From the NCBI GenBank assembly GCA_053919585.1, contig CM132787.1: a DNA stretch of 64,000 nt, one strand, 5' to 3'. Each line of letters begins with the position of its first letter. Positions within the stretch are counted from its first letter, which is position 1. Shown piece by piece: positions 38,660 to 53,770 of this stretch. The notes below the pieces were generated by a model, which saw only the letters and a list, made by a program, of their open reading frames with translations, did no database searches and was not told the DNA's origin. The position numbers were made by a program, and so were the translations under genes. Origin of the DNA: Euprymna scolopes. Lineage: Eukaryota.

Positions 38660-39700
38660 TTTCTTTTTTAATACATTTTTACCCCAGGCAAGGCACATTT
38701 CCACTCTGGTATAGGGGGATACGATCAAGGACATATGCTATATGAGTACTATGTAGGGGATTTGGTTACAAGATGACGATTCATGTTACACTTGAACTTC
38801 TGCATGTCAGTAGAGTTGCGGAAGCAGGGACCTGGAATTGAATTCCAAAGTTTAGCAGGTCTGTGGAAGAAACGACTGGTCTAGAAAGCTCTCTCACATC
38901 TAGGGATCTCTAGTGTGTAGCGTGGGATTTAGCTGCCCGTCGGCTTTGCCAAGCTTATTTACGTCGTGGGGGCACAACTGCTTGCAGTTCGTCAGAGCAT
39001 TCACCATTAAAATACTTGTAGAACAGGCTCAACATTTAATCGCTGGGAAAGAGGCTGCAGCTTAGATAACAGTTCAGAACCTATCAGGTTGGAGACACAC
39101 TTTTGGACCTTGCCTAGGAGCGAGACACTATTAGCAGACGCACCAGCCGAAATATAACAACAATACTCCATATATAGGCGAATGGTGATCTTATAGAGGT
39201 ACAGGATACTTTTGGGTGTTAGTAGCTTTCTAGATCGGGAGAGAGAGCCTACCTTCTTAGCAGTGGTCCTGGAAATCCTCTCGATGTAATTGCTCCAACT
39301 CATGTTTCCTGTGAATGTTAGGCCGAGGAGTGTAAAAGATGTACATTAAAATAAAGAATATTTGGCCGTTCTTATTGGTGGTAGAGACTATACTCGGAGG
39401 TCATCCTCTAGTGTTTCTGCCATTTCGTTAGATAGGTGTTCATTTGTTTTCCTGCCGTGCCTGTTATAGAGCGTGCTGTCATCAGCATAATACTCATCCC
39501 AGAGAAATTTTTTCGGAGAGGTCATTTATGAATACTAGAAATAATAAAGGGCCAAGGATACACTCCTGAGGCACTCCCGCCTTTATATCATATTGTTTAT
39601 ATATACGACCGTCGAGGACAACATAGATTTTTCTCTCATCGAAGAAGGATTTAATTATGTTATGTATTCGTGGAGGGATACCGTAAGACCTTATTTTCCT
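38660..39700 (-). mobile_element. 5'-truncated decayed LINE RT (CR1/L2-like)
   Basis: Minus strand reads AGVPQECILGP, YADDS, then WSNYIERISRTTAKKVGSLSRSRKLLTPKSILYLYKITIRLYMEYCC. Confidence 0.9.
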
Positions 39701-42700
39701 GAGAAGACTTTCATGCCTTACCCTGTGAAAAGTCTAAGAGATAGACACAGCTACCGCTTTTCCCTCCTCTGCTTTGCCCATGAATGGTATAGTCGTTCAG
39801 AGATTACAGGTAGTGCTGTAAAACGGGTTTGTCTTTATCCATATTTTTGGTCGGTCAACAAATGCTAACTCTTTTATTTTTTTTCTCTTTTTTTATTTAT
39901 ATATGTATGAATTGTGTTTATTTTTGGTTGTCTCGCGAACTTTTCCTTGCCTTCAGTTTAAATTTGGCACCCTCTCAAACGAGCAAAACGCCGTTCATTT
40001 CCTCTATTCAAGCAGACATGTTTAACTCCAATGATCTGAACAAAGAAAAACGAGTGATAAAATAGTTTAAGCAAGATAAATGCCCGAATTTAACACAAAC
40101 GGGGATTTATTTTTTCTTTGTTATAATTTAAAACTTAACTTAAAGCAAAAACAAAATTAAATATGTAAAAAATAGCAAAAAAATGACATATCATACACGC
40201 ATTGGGTGGAATATAAATGATAAATTCATCTTTAATGAATCATGACAAAAACACGTTGTATTGAATGTATCCGATGAATAGACTATCAGTCATGACAGAT
40301 CGTCCGGAGAAAAATGATAGACAATAGGAAAACAACTTGAGAGAAATTCCTGTTTAATACAAGTAAGTATGTAGAATATCTGGAGAAACGGACGATCATC
40401 GATAAAAAATGGTGTTATTGGCTTGAAACAACATCAATGTGTAAAACTTCAGATTAGTATACACTTTGAGTGACGGTGTCAATATATACGTATTGCAAAA
40501 AAAAAAAACGATGACAACGTGCATATTTAGAAAATATGTTCTAATAAAATCAGTGACTGAATATATTACATTATTTTTCTGTAAATATTTACTAAAATAA
40601 CGTATGTATATGAAATAATTAAAATACAAGAGAGTCAGTCTGAATAGTATCTATAAGAAAAGACACAAAATTTATTCTGTTTTAATGACGCTTATAATTA
40701 ACGATTATGGATTATTTGAATGAGTTCTGGAAGTATAACAGGAAAATTCCTAATTAATATCTACATAAAAAAAACATACATACCTTTTCATTCTTTTCAA
40801 ACTTTTCTTATGTTTCGCCATAAACTACTTCTATCGACACAATCAATATCAAGGTAATCAGAGTAATTTTATTCAGATGCTTAATATCTACTGGCACGTA
40901 GTTTTACATAGCGGTAACTGTCTTTTGGTTAATTTTATTTCATTCGTCTTTTAATTATTATATACTTAAAACGACATTACGATGTTCTTATGAATGCCTG
41001 TTTATTTTATTGGGCTTTTTAACTATCTATCAAAACTAGGTTCCACACATCCTTATTTGGGGAGATATTCAATTGAATATAAAACCAATAAGATGACATC
41101 ACAGGCGACAATAAACTAAAGGATATTATTACTTTTTACTTGAATATTGTAATTATGTAACTTACAAGGTAGGAAGTTTATCATTTTCTTGCATATGTCC
41201 TTTTCGATCGTACGGCTACTATCATGATCGTGGCATAGTATAGACGTTATTAACCTACAAATAGAATCCGTTGAACGTTTCAAAGTAACGGATGCCACTT
41301 TAATCTGACATGGACTGAGGGGGATACGTTCAAGGGCGGTCCGCCAAAGAGCGCAATGTTTATTATATCCTTGCACGGCTGCTGGTAGCTTATGAACAAA
41401 CATTGTAAGAGGTCGCTAAGTATTATAAGATATTGCTTGCACTCGTGTCGCAAAGTTCTTTCAACCGGTCATTCTAATAGTTAAACTTATCTTAACCGAT
41501 AAGATCGTCTGTTAACAAAACTCCAATATCCCTGGTCGTAACACCTCAACTCTGGACTGCGTCCCCGCCAAGGCTTGGCCATTTAGTCCAATACACCAGG
41601 AAAATACTTCGATTTACAACCACTGAATTCTAATAGTCAGATTACAAATCCGTAGCGTTTGCAATCGACTCAAGAAATATAAGATTGATATATGAGGTAT
41701 TTTCGTATTTAACTTTTAAATACAGATTAACATCTCGTAGCCACCATAAACTAACTAATATAAAAATCAACACACTTTTGTCAACACTAAACCACACTAT
41801 TTACCAGTAACGTAAAAAACCTGCATACTGGTAGCAATTAAGTCGTAGAAAGGCGCTTAGATTTTTTAAGCATTTCTTGGGCAGAAGGTGTCGAGAGGCT
41901 TGAAAAATCATAGTCAATGGGTTAGAGGTCTACAGAGTATAGCAGATAAGGTAGAGTTTTGAAGTCCAGTTCGTTCAACTTCTAGAGGGGTGATTTAACA
42001 ATCTGAGGGCTGGCCTTGTTGTGGAGAAGGAATGAGCTTTTTATCTGTTGACTAATACTGGGTGTTTCTAGTGCATTTCATATATTTGGTGAAAGTACCT
42101 CTCCGCCGTATTGTTTTACGCTGCATAAAAACAATGTAATGGATGAGACCGGTCGCAGAACACCAATCAGTCAGAATTATGTTGTTGTTTTTTTTTTAAC
42201 TCTGGTTTCACAGAGTATCGTGAGCCTCCTCGGCGTCTTATCATGGAGATGAGCATCGACAGTTCTAGTAAAGAACCCACATTTAATCCCAAGTCAGATC
42301 CCGGTCAGTCAACGGGTTATTGATTGTGTGTAAAACAAGGGAAGATGACAAAGTGTCTTGTGTTTTTCAGTCTATTCGGCAATCACCCAGTTAGTAAGAT
42401 TTATGTCTTTCGGATCTCTTTAGTGGTTGGGAATCGTCAAGTTCTGAAACATCTTTCTCTGGATTGCTTTCGACTAAGCTCTTAATTAATCATTGTCAAC
42501 ATTCGATGGCCGACCACTAAATTCATCATGTTCAAGACACTCGTCGCCGCCACAAAATGTTTAAGCATTCATTTGGATGTGTGTGCAGTAGTGGTTCCTG
42601 GGCATAACGCTTCATTGATTTCACATGGAATTTTAGAAGCTTTTCATCCGAGCTTGAATTGAAATTAAAATAAATTGTGCGAATTTGTAATTTTTCCATA

Positions 42701-43729
42701 TTGTATTCAGCGTAAGGAAATGATTGCAATTTAAACGATTACATAGAGCAAAACACGTTCCTTAAAATGATATATAAAGAAAACTTATTATAATCGGGAC
42801 CTAATTTTAAAATACATAATTTGAAATCCAAACTTTTAAAAATCTGCCAAATATTTCTTCTTAACCGAATAGAACTCATAAATTAAGAACTTTTAAATGA
42901 AACACCAAAGCTGGATGAATTCCAATATTTATTAGTTTTAGCGAAAAATGAAATAAATATGTAACATTTATGCAAAAATAAGATAATTTCAAAAAGAGTA
43001 AAAATAAGGAGGAAGAAGATATTTCTCAACTTTAAAAATTATTATGCCATTACAGTCTCTCATAGCCGTAATTCTATCTTTGATCCATAGAGTTAGCTTA
43101 CCCTCTCTCTCTCCTTCTTTCCGCCTTTGTATCAAGCGAGATACTCGGTATTATTCTATTTCTTCTTTTCCATTTCTCAATATTCTATTTGCTAGAAGCT
43201 ACTCGCTAACCACTGTTGGCAGTTATTTTATTAATTCTCTTAGATGATAGATCGCAATTAAACATAGGATGAGATCGTGCGACCGCTGTTTGTCGATTCG
43301 CTTTCATTAATCGAATGCTCCTATTGCTTACTGTAATTTATCCTCGGATCGTGAATAAATGTCCTTTAAGATTAATCATCCTGACTTATTCACAACTTTT
43401 GTGTTTGTAATAACTCCGTAGTAAAATGTGTTCTTCCAACAGTAGAATTGTGAAAGCGAAACTATTTGGGGGTGGAGTTTTCCCATACTTCCTGGAAATC
43501 CTGGCAAAAATTACTGCATATATTTCTGAAAATTATGATAAATGTTATAGGAAGAAGACGGAGGAAGAGAAGAAAACGTATAAACGTTCCCTTGATATTA
43601 AAGTATGAAGTTTAAAAAACATAAACTATTAGAATTTATATTCGCATCCGCGGTATTCTTTTTCTTGACACATGCTTATAACACATTTTCTAACCGTCAT
43701 AAACGTAATACTAATAACAAGAAGAATCA

Positions 43730-43772
43730 GAAACAGAAGAAGAAGAAGAAGAAGAAGAAGAAAGAGAAGAAG
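43730..43772. repeat. (AAG)n microsatellite
   Basis: Directly visible. Confidence 0.9.
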
Positions 43773-44685
43773 TTAAAGACGAATCAAACACTTTACAACC
43801 AGAATATGTAAAAAATAATAAATACAGTATGTGTAGACTCTGTTACCCATGAGACGCAACGGTAAACTACATAATAAACTCAATATATACTTTATTTTTT
43901 TACATTGAAATATTATATGAAAATAAATGAAACAATGTAAACAATTCTTATTTTTATTTCAGCCATCACCGTCTAGAATGCAAAACGAAATGCCTCGAGA
44001 AATATGCCGGAATAGCCAATCTGATGTACTCATATTATCTTCTTTTATCTCTAGTTATTTAATTGTGTATCTATTACATAATATTTCCTTTTGCGTCATA
44101 ACGGCCTCTACTTTTTATCCCTTTGTTGAGCCTTACAGGTAAATGTAAGAACTGCCGAAAACTGGAAAAAATCAAAGTTGTTTTATTGGCGAATTAAAAT
44201 GTTTAAAATCAATTATTCTAGAGCAACTTTTTTTCCAGAAAAAAAAAATGAATATTATCAAAGGAAAAATTGATTATTATGAAAAAAACTTCTACTATTT
44301 TTATAGGATGTATAATTTAAAAATTCCCCCCAAAACACAACTAATCGCGTTTTTTGTCCAGTGGAATGCCATACTTATGTCTTTTTGAATAAGGATGTGT
44401 ATCAATGTTTTTTGTCAAAAGAAGATTCAGGATTATGTGCTAAGAATATGCAAAAATATTATAACATTAATTCGTGAATTTCAACCTGTTTCTCTTTCAA
44501 GTGATTTAACGTTGTGAAATGTAAAAACAAACCAAAAATGTTTAAATAGTTTGGGAGAAAGTACGGTCCGCATTACAGGACTTAATAAAGTCCATTTAGT
44601 TTGGTTAATTCAGATGTATTTTGAACGTTTGTTTTGACGATGAGGTGAAGAATCAGTTTTTAAGTGTTTAATTCTTTATTCATAA

Positions 44686-44736
<51 letters not shown>

Positions 44737-47217
44737 CCCTAACCTTTACCCTAACCTTTACAACTATTTGTAAATACCAACATCTGTTAGTATTTTTTTT
44801 TTACAGAGGTAATATCACGTAACGACAAATTCCCGAAAGGAAATATCGTATTTTTACCAAAATGCCTAGTAGTTTATCAATATATTTAGCTTTCTATACT
44901 TCAAATTATTTCTATTTAATTGTATATTAGCAATTTTGTCCTTACAAAAACATTATTAATTATGTTGCAAAAAAGTAGTGGTTTTCGTAAAATGTAATGA
45001 AATTATATTATTATTGTTTGTTAATATTAATGAATAATCATTACAAACATATAACTAATTTCACACTTCAATAAACAACAGATGACAAATTAAACACATT
45101 CAATATTCGGAATTTCAAACTTAAATTCTGATAGCGCATAGTTGTTTGTTTATCATATCCACAATATTACCCACCCAACAATTCAATCTATATTTCATTT
45201 TCGGCTGATTATTTTATGCATATTTGTAACCACAAATAAGGAAGGGGGTTTTGCCAACAAAAAATCGATGATTATGGATTCTGAAAAAAATGGCGTTATC
45301 AAGTCCGACCTTCACTTAATAATTGTTGAAAATTTCGTCTTGATTGATTAATTACTTGGATTTTACATGATTTTGAAAATGATATATGGAGGAATTCAAT
45401 TTATTAATCGATTAAGCAACGATTAATTAGTATACTATTTAAGAGCAGCTATTTTTTATTTATTGGCTGATCTATATTGCATATTATTTATCATTACGAG
45501 ATTTGTAACCGATACAAAATATGAAAACAAGGTAAAGTACTACGATCTCTATTTAATATAAATATTTTTGATAACTAAATTAAGTATACGTTAAGCATAC
45601 GTTTTAATAATAAGTAACTTAATAAATAAAAATAACTTCTATTTCCATGTACGTGAAATTCGATTTAATACAAGCTTGTTTTTTTACTTCAGTTTTGCAT
45701 TGAATTCAATGAGTATATTCTTTTAAACTAAGGTTTTAATTTTTCTGACATTCTTTTTATTTCTTTATCCAATATCACACACGTCCAAGTTGTACAAAGC
45801 TTACAACTAGTTTTATGTCTTACTAACACTTGGTGTCTTGATGTTATTTGTTCCTCTCATTGAGAACTCTGAGTATTTTCATTCCCCACTCTCAACAAAA
45901 CAACGGCAACTAATTCTTATTACCCATATAGTATCCGTAGACATTTATCTCGGTCACTTATTTCTCCTTATCTTCGTCTGTCATCTCGGCTTTCAGGCCA
46001 ACATCTTTATACATCGATTCCCTGTTGTCGTTCTGCCAACCTGCGGCCACTCCACCTTCTTGTGTCACTTACTTTATCCTTTACCTTTCTTTAATTATGC
46101 GAACGCAAGCCGTTCCTCTGATTTATTAGCTTATCAGTGTGGTTCGCGAAGTTATCAAACACCAGCATTTATATTGTTCTTACGCTTCTCGCTATCTTAG
46201 CAAGAAATAAATAAAGCAAATCGATTAAAGTATGCTGTTTCAAATGTTACACATCACTAAAATATATGCGTATGATTAATTCCCTGAATATCTAACTAAA
46301 ATATGGGTCTGTTTCACATATCAACAATTGCACACATCTAAAGGCCTATTTATAACCATTCTTTTTCTTTACAGATTCAACATACACAACCAGGTAGACA
46401 GAGACAAAAGTCAGTTAGTACAAATTTCCGCCATGCTTTTTTTACAAATGCGTATTAACTGGCCTACTTTATATTTTGTAATTCACACGTCTTCAGTATT
46501 TTTTATATACAAATATTGTGCATCCATCTTTGGATTTATTTTCGGAACATTTTACCAATATTGATTTGCATATTAATAATGTCTAGGTACATTGAACAAT
46601 TGTGCTCATATTAAATTATTCTGCATTCAATAGCTCGGCATTATTATGGATAATGTTAATGACTAAAAAAGACTACAAAAATACATATGCTATGAATTGG
46701 GGTTTAAATAACAGGCATTACATGTGTAATATCTTTTTTTGTGGACAACAATGCGTGAGTAATTTACTGTTGTGTTGTTTTAAACATTCAGAAAAGATAA
46801 ATTCTATGAAATTAGTAATCGTCATACTTTCTCTTTCTAAAAATCTAATTGCATATGTTGCTTAATTTATCAAAGTAATACGTACACATACACTAGTAAA
46901 AAATAAAAATGTGAATTTACACGAAAGTATATAAAACTTTTCTCTTTAGCATAATTCTTAAACGTCCAATAGCATAATTTTAATATCTTTCGCGTCTGTT
47001 AAACGTTTTTGAAGTTACAAAATGTGTAAATTGTAAGTTTTTCTTGCGCTATTATATTTGTGTTTTTCATTGATACCTATTTATCTGTATTTCCTCGTTA
47101 AAACCAATGTGTGTGAATTAAATATACAATAAGAATGCTAACATCAGGAAATGATTTTTAATGCAATTAGAAATTAAAATCGTTTTCTAATATACAGGTG
47201 CGTCCAAAGTAACCGGA

Positions 47218-48535
47218 AATATATGCAGCCACATATAGCAAACGATGTATATGATATTAATAAACTCTAATGTATCATATTTCAATGCAAAACGATACAC
47301 GAAATTGAAGGTTCAGGGTCTTACAATTTACACAGAATAATCGCCACTAACAAATATTAAATCCGCATTCCATTGAAATTTGAAAATATGTCGAATTGTA
47401 GACGTAAAATACTATTATTTCGAATATATTACGATTCCATCTATGATGCATGTAATAAAATAACTTACGTTGATAAATCATGTAAAACTTAAAAATGAAT
47501 GAAGAAAACAATGATATTTTAAAATGTCCAAAGAAAGTATGTTAACAAATGGACTGGAAATAATATAGAGAGCCATAGCTAAAAGTGGAGACTGGAATAT
47601 AGACAAATCCCCACTGAAATAATGTTCAGACAGTGCGTGGTATACATTTTCTTTTATGTAAATAAGAATACGTGTACGTATAAATGATATAAAGCAATAC
47701 CCAGCTATTACTCTCAGAATAAATACAACCAACCCCAGTATGCGAAACTATAAATATAATCAAATAGTATATAACATTTATATTTGCATATCTTACTCTA
47801 ACTAGAGTATTATATATAAAATACATACTGCATTTGATGCCGATATGTAGCTTCTAGAAATAAAAGAAAATGAAAACGACTTTGCCAGGGAAATAGAACA
47901 AGAAAGGTCAAAGTAATCTAAAATATGTGCATCCACATATATCAAACGATGTATATGATATTAATAAACTTTAATGTATCACTGTTCAATGCAAAACGAT
48001 GCACGGAACTGAAGGCTCAAAATCTTACAATAAACACGGAATAATCGACACTAACAAATAGTTGATTAGCATTCCATTGAAATGTGAGAATGTGTGGAGT
48101 TGTAGACGTAAATAATATTATTTCGAACATAGTGCGATGGCATCTATGATGCATGTAATAAAATTCGACGTGATTTTTTTTTATTTGAGGTAAGTTAATT
48201 AACGCACCCTTCGGAGTAAAACAGTGATAATCATAATAACTAATATGCATTTGCTGTCACATTAATTTTATGTAGATGTACTAGCGATATTCGCAGTTAC
48301 CATGAATTCTGTTTATATATTTCATAAACATGATAGATAATTACATATAACTTTAATTACACCCAGGGTCATTATATCATGTGCTGTAATGTTTCGTAGC
48401 TGACTTTTTTTATGACAATATATTTGCTTCTTAATGATACTAGAAAGTCACCCGCTGTTGCCCGTTTATAAAATAGGCGTAAATATTATATTTTATCCAC
48501 ATAGCAAATAAATTATTTTCTAAAACCTACCTAGG

Positions 48536-48610
<75 letters not shown>

Positions 48611-48838
48611 TGTCATGCGAATAATTCTCTCATGTGCATTTATAAAACAGTTAGGAAACATAAAAGTCGGGAGGTTCAACACGCACGAATTTTTTTCTCA
48701 TTTAAATTTCGTCGCTACACTTTTCCCCTGGAAGAGAACCGAAAAAAATGTCAACATGTCTGCATTCACTGTATATCAAATTTAATATTTTGTACACTTA
48801 ATAGTTGGTGAATATATAGGCTGAGATTTGTCCTCACA

Positions 48839-48869
<31 letters not shown>

Positions 48870-50755
48870 TTACACATTCTAACTGGATGAATTTAATCAA
48901 AATATTTATGCGTATTTTCTGATCGGGAAACGCCGGCGGAGTGATAGTATAAGTATTACTATCGAATGCATATGAAATAGAATTTGCATTTTAGTGGATG
49001 ATTGTATTATCTTTAGTACGAGGAATGCGTAAGGTAAAACAATTCTGATCGCTTTAAATGCAGTTCCAGCTTCGATAGCAGGTGCACCTTACCAGAAGAC
49101 AGAATAATACACAAAATAATTATGAACGAAAAATATGAGAAAAGGCGTAGTTTTAATGCAAAACTATTTTACTAATTATGTACATGTGGTTTTGGTAAAA
49201 CGACTCTCGGCATTCGAAAAGGTTTTAATCTATCATAGTATTGGGAAAAGTAAATTAAATATATATATTTACGCAACACTTGCAAGTGGTTCATTATATA
49301 GTAAATAAGATACTATATGCAGTAACACGCATTGCATCTGAAAGAATCTCGAAAAGTTATGTTTAGAAATACAACAGCTGAATTATTCTCGTTTTTTTTC
49401 TGTTTAATAGTACTGCTTGTATCTTATTATATTATGAACCTACGCTCAATAATAATCACGTTTCTTATGATCAAAAGAAAAATAAAAACTAAACCGATTA
49501 TAGTAGGGTTTATTATTCCCAAATAAATTTGTCTACTACAATGGATTGATAGGACACTTAATAAAAATATGAACATCACGCGTATTCATATGATATTTCT
49601 ACACGCGTACTTGCAATACCATTCACGGAAAATTGTATCTCTCATGTATACACATTTTGTGAACGTGGAACCTAACAGTTTTCTCAAATTACGTGTGTTT
49701 TAACTAAAACAAACGCGGGAAAAGATAATCGACGATGGTAATGTTTTTGATATAAATTATTACATTGTCACCTAAAACAACTAAGATGCCACTCTGATGC
49801 AAGCGGCTACTATCAGGGGCAAAATCTACAGGGGTAGTATGTGGGGAGTTCGGCAGCAAGATTTAAGTGGATCTGTACATTAACTTAATCTATTTATAGA
49901 CTTAATCCTGATAAATGTATTTAATTCGGACTTAAAATATTTTTTTTCAATTTATGTGTGTTTTTGTTAATGCAGATATTAACTATGTAAGGTATTTCAA
50001 GTTTTCAATAGTCAGATGTAATAAACATTTTTTTTTTTAAATGTGCTTTTCCGTTAAGTTCGGTGTACAATTAGCATCTGTGTGCATGTATAATATGCCA
50101 TGGCAATACAACATCAATAATTTTCCGCTATTTACGGTATATTGTAAACTGTTTCCGCGGAACCCAATGCACTGCGTTACTACTCTTAATGGGCATAATT
50201 TTATATCATATAAACCCCAGCATACAATGTATCAAATGTTATATGTAATATAATTTCAAATATTCTCAGCAAGACTGATTGTATTTTAACACTTGATCCC
50301 GGAATATCTATCACAAATTAGTTATGCATAAATACGTTGATGGATCATGTAAAACTTTAAAATGAATGAGGAAAACGACGATATTTTAAAATGTCCAAAG
50401 CAAGTATGTTTGCAAATGCACTGGAAACAATATAGACAGACATATCTTGAAGTAGAGACTGACCTATTGACAAAAGTTCGACGCCTTGGAATATACTTGT
50501 ATTTATGTAAACAAAAATACACGTACGTATAAATGATATAAAACAATGGTCATATATTTCTCCCGGAATAAATACAGCCAGCCCCAGTATGCGTAACACG
50601 AAATATAATCAAATAATATATGCAATGTACGTTTTCATATCTTACTCTAACTAGAGTATGACATATATTTACATGCTGCATTTAATGCCGATATGTAGCT
50701 TCTAGAAATAAAATGAAACTAAAATGATATTGCCATGAAAATAGAACAGGAAATA
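47218..50755 (+). repeat. ~700-bp tandem duplication with the second copy split by a ~2.2-kb insertion
   Basis: 47218-47468 matches 47923-48170, and 47468-47905 matches 50333-50755. Confidence 0.9.
48600..48947 (+). mobile_element. Short Helitron-like element; an opposite-strand Helitron 3' end lies at 48440-48465
   Basis: Ends tcgggaaacgccggcggagtg-ATAG|T, similar to cccgggcaacgccggg..CTAG. At 48440 the minus strand reads acgggcaacagcgggtgacttt-CTAG|T. Confidence 0.45.
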
Positions 50756-52801
50756 CCATATTTATAATATACAAGCTTATGTAAATGATGTTTTTTTTTT
50801 CTGTACTTGGGACAAGTTGGAAATGCAAAATAATATCGATTCGCACTGTACGGACGTTTCTGTAAATGTCTTTTGAATATTAAAATAAAAAAAAAGTCTA
50901 TGAGATATCAAATATTTTTGTGTAAAGTGTAGTATTTACATATCATATTCCTTTGAAATAGCTACGAACATATCCACGTATTTATATCGGTTAAAACGAA
51001 AATGTATAATATTAATTATATACAGATTTTTTTTTATTTTCTGTTTAATAAATGTAGACGTTTCGAAAAAATAGTTTTTAAAAATCATCAAAGAAAGCGA
51101 AAATTCAATATTATGCATGAGCAAACCTAAGCGAATCTTTTAAACTAGTAATATTTTCGCTATATTAAGGTTCTTGTCAAAATCCTAATACAGAGGAGCA
51201 AAGCCATAAATGGTAGTCATAAAAGCCATAAAAGTAGTTTAGTTTGTATATGTGTGCGCATACATAACACGGATAAGTTAAACTTTTATCGGATATTTTG
51301 TTTGATTAATTGTCAATGTAACGGTATATTAACAATTTATTTTTAGAACAATCAAGATGATAGACAGTGATGCATTATACTGACAACGTAATTACATCTA
51401 AATCTAAACCTGTTTTTTTACTCAATTATCTATAATCATTTAAGAAACTAATAAATATATATTTTTTTTTTTGTAAGTTTGAAATCATTTCATATTTTCC
51501 AATATTGCAGTTACTTCTTTCTTTTCCCGTCACAATCCATAACTAATTTATCTAATAATAAGTAAATATTTTATCTTATTATTTGGAATTATCGAAGGAC
51601 AGTTCTTACCATGAGTGGCCTTTACACCAATTTGAGCCGACGTTACCTTCGGAAGTCTTCAGTTATATCAAGTCGAACTCTGCAGTGTCTCTATCGAACT
51701 CGAATATTGGACAAAATTTCGATTAGAACCCTTTATTTATTAAGGCGGTAACATGATCTTATTTCTGTCAGCCACGACTGGTAAAAACATTTGAAGTAAT
51801 TCGCAATCTTTTTTTTTCTATTGCCATCGCTGAGAATTGAATTTTCAACCTGCAAGGGAATATAACATTTACAATTGATTTCCTAAGTACTTTTATAACT
51901 GCGCTACTGGTCCTCAACAGAAACATTGGAAAAATATCACTCAAGATGAGAACGGTAGTCTAATTTATCTAAATAATATGACTAAAGTAATATTGTCAAA
52001 AATCAGCCACGCCATAATATATCATATTTTCTAGGTTGATTAAAGTTTGTAGCTTTCAAGACTCTCTTCATTGGACTATATATCTCATCATCTTTTACCT
52101 CATATGTTTTTTCGCCATGATAAATGGTGAACTATTACTAACGAAAGAACGAGTTATTAATTTGTATGTTTATTATAGTTATTACAATACAGTATATAAT
52201 TTATGCATAACAATTTGTAGACCCAGATTGATTAATTCCGGAGATGTTGTTCACTCCACTGTATCTACTTACAAATAACACTTTCAATATATCTGCAAGA
52301 CGATCGTACGGTAGCACTAGAAACAGTGTGTGTCTAGATCAGCTCGAATGATATAATAACGGAACCATAATGGTTTCTGCGACACAGTGAATAGAATTTA
52401 ATGGATTATGTTGAGAACAGAGGTTCGACAATATGTGGGGATATAATATATCCGTCTGGAAAAACCGAAGAATTCGGTCGAGTTCCGATTTCATTATTCA
52501 GAACCAGCTAAAGATGAAATGGAGATTTTATCGAGTATTATGTGCAATTAGCTTGATAACACTAACGTGATGTCAGCATCACTTAGTTTATGATTGTATA
52601 TTCTATTTTAATTCGCTGCAGTGTATATCCGCTTACAATACACAATAAAACGAGAAGCCTGTCTGCTACAGAAAATGATATTTTATCGACATATACACAA
52701 ACTTACCTGGCGAAGCATCTCTATCGAGTTATCTAATTATTCGTCGATTTACATGAAACATAAGGTTGAAATATTACTCTAATTCTGTGTCTGCTACACT
52801 G

Positions 52802-52933
52802 ATGTTATAGTAGTTTTTCAAGTAGTACAAACGTTATGTTATAGTAGTTTTTCAATTAGTGCAAACGTTGTTATAGTAGTTTTTCAATTAGTACAAACGT
52901 TATGTTATAGTAATTTTTCAATTAGTACAAACG
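52802..52933. repeat. ~34-bp minisatellite, 4 units
   Basis: (at)gttatagtagtttttcaattagtacaaacgtt x4. Confidence 0.95.
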
Positions 52934-53159
52934 TAGATAAACTTGTTGCATGTAACAAAGCCTTGTGTGACTTCGCTGAACACGTCACTCGCGTCCATTA
53001 TTTGTGGTCGTTTGAATTTTTGTCTCGATTTCTGTAAGCTTCAACGAATATCATTGTATTCTTTGACAAATTATCATGCCAGAGAAAGATTAAGGAAATA
53101 AATGCGCCTATCCTAGAGTGTATTTCCTCCTCAAATCGCCTCCTCCTGCAGCCTCTCTT

Positions 53160-53247
<88 letters not shown>

Positions 53248-53248
<1 letters not shown>

Positions 53249-53770
53249 TAGAAAAAGTACCCGTCGTTGACTGGTTCAAAAACAACCTACAAAAAAATGG
53301 ACTCTGATTTATTAAAGTATGATAGGTTATGAAAAGGAAGGGTTGTAAAGACATAGATTCGAATTTGGGGGTATCAAAACCAAAGTAAAATATGATGAAA
53401 GTAAAAATAAAATAGATACACCCCATAATTTATCATACCATAGCTGTTCACACTAAACAAAGTATCACAATAATCTGCGCATTTATATTAAAAAAAACCT
53501 TGTTAAACCTTGTGACATATTTCCATTCTATGGAGAGCAGGCGCGAACGAGCACCCCATAATTATATCATACTGTATTGCTTCAAACTCAAACATAGTTA
53601 TCAGAGTGTACTTACTCAGATAGATATGAAACGTCGTTATTAAAGGGTGTGCCTATTTCCATTCTATGGAAGCCAGGCGCGAACGAAGACCCCACAATTT
53701 TATTATAACATCCTTATTTCAGTTAAAACATATTTATAAAAGTATTCTCATGTACATCTATATAAAAAAC
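53248..53770 (-). mobile_element. Helitron 3' portion inserted in (TA)n
   Basis: The minus strand ends accagtc-aac-gacgggt-actttt-t-CTAG|T. It is the reverse-complement homolog of ~35230-35754. Confidence 0.8.

Noticed and set aside
43963-44026. Possible host exons after polypyrimidine-AG sites (also ~6470, 38260, 46375, 61088)
   Set aside because: Splice-like signals are common in AT-rich DNA and no recognisable protein was found. RNA-seq would be needed.
44735-44760. Telomere-like taaccc repeats
   Set aside because: Only about 4 degenerate units; more likely a repeat-element subterminal motif.
45834-46251. Solo LTR candidate or 120-aa ORF
   Set aside because: It ends aataaa...gttaca, but there is no matching start with a TSD, and the ORF has no recognisable features.
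51633-51664. Minus-strand ctgaaga cttccgaag gtaacgtc hammerhead-like motif; similar weak motifs at ~14104-14137 and ~58382-58420
   Set aside because: Core mutated and stem I unsupported; not distinguishable from chance by eye.
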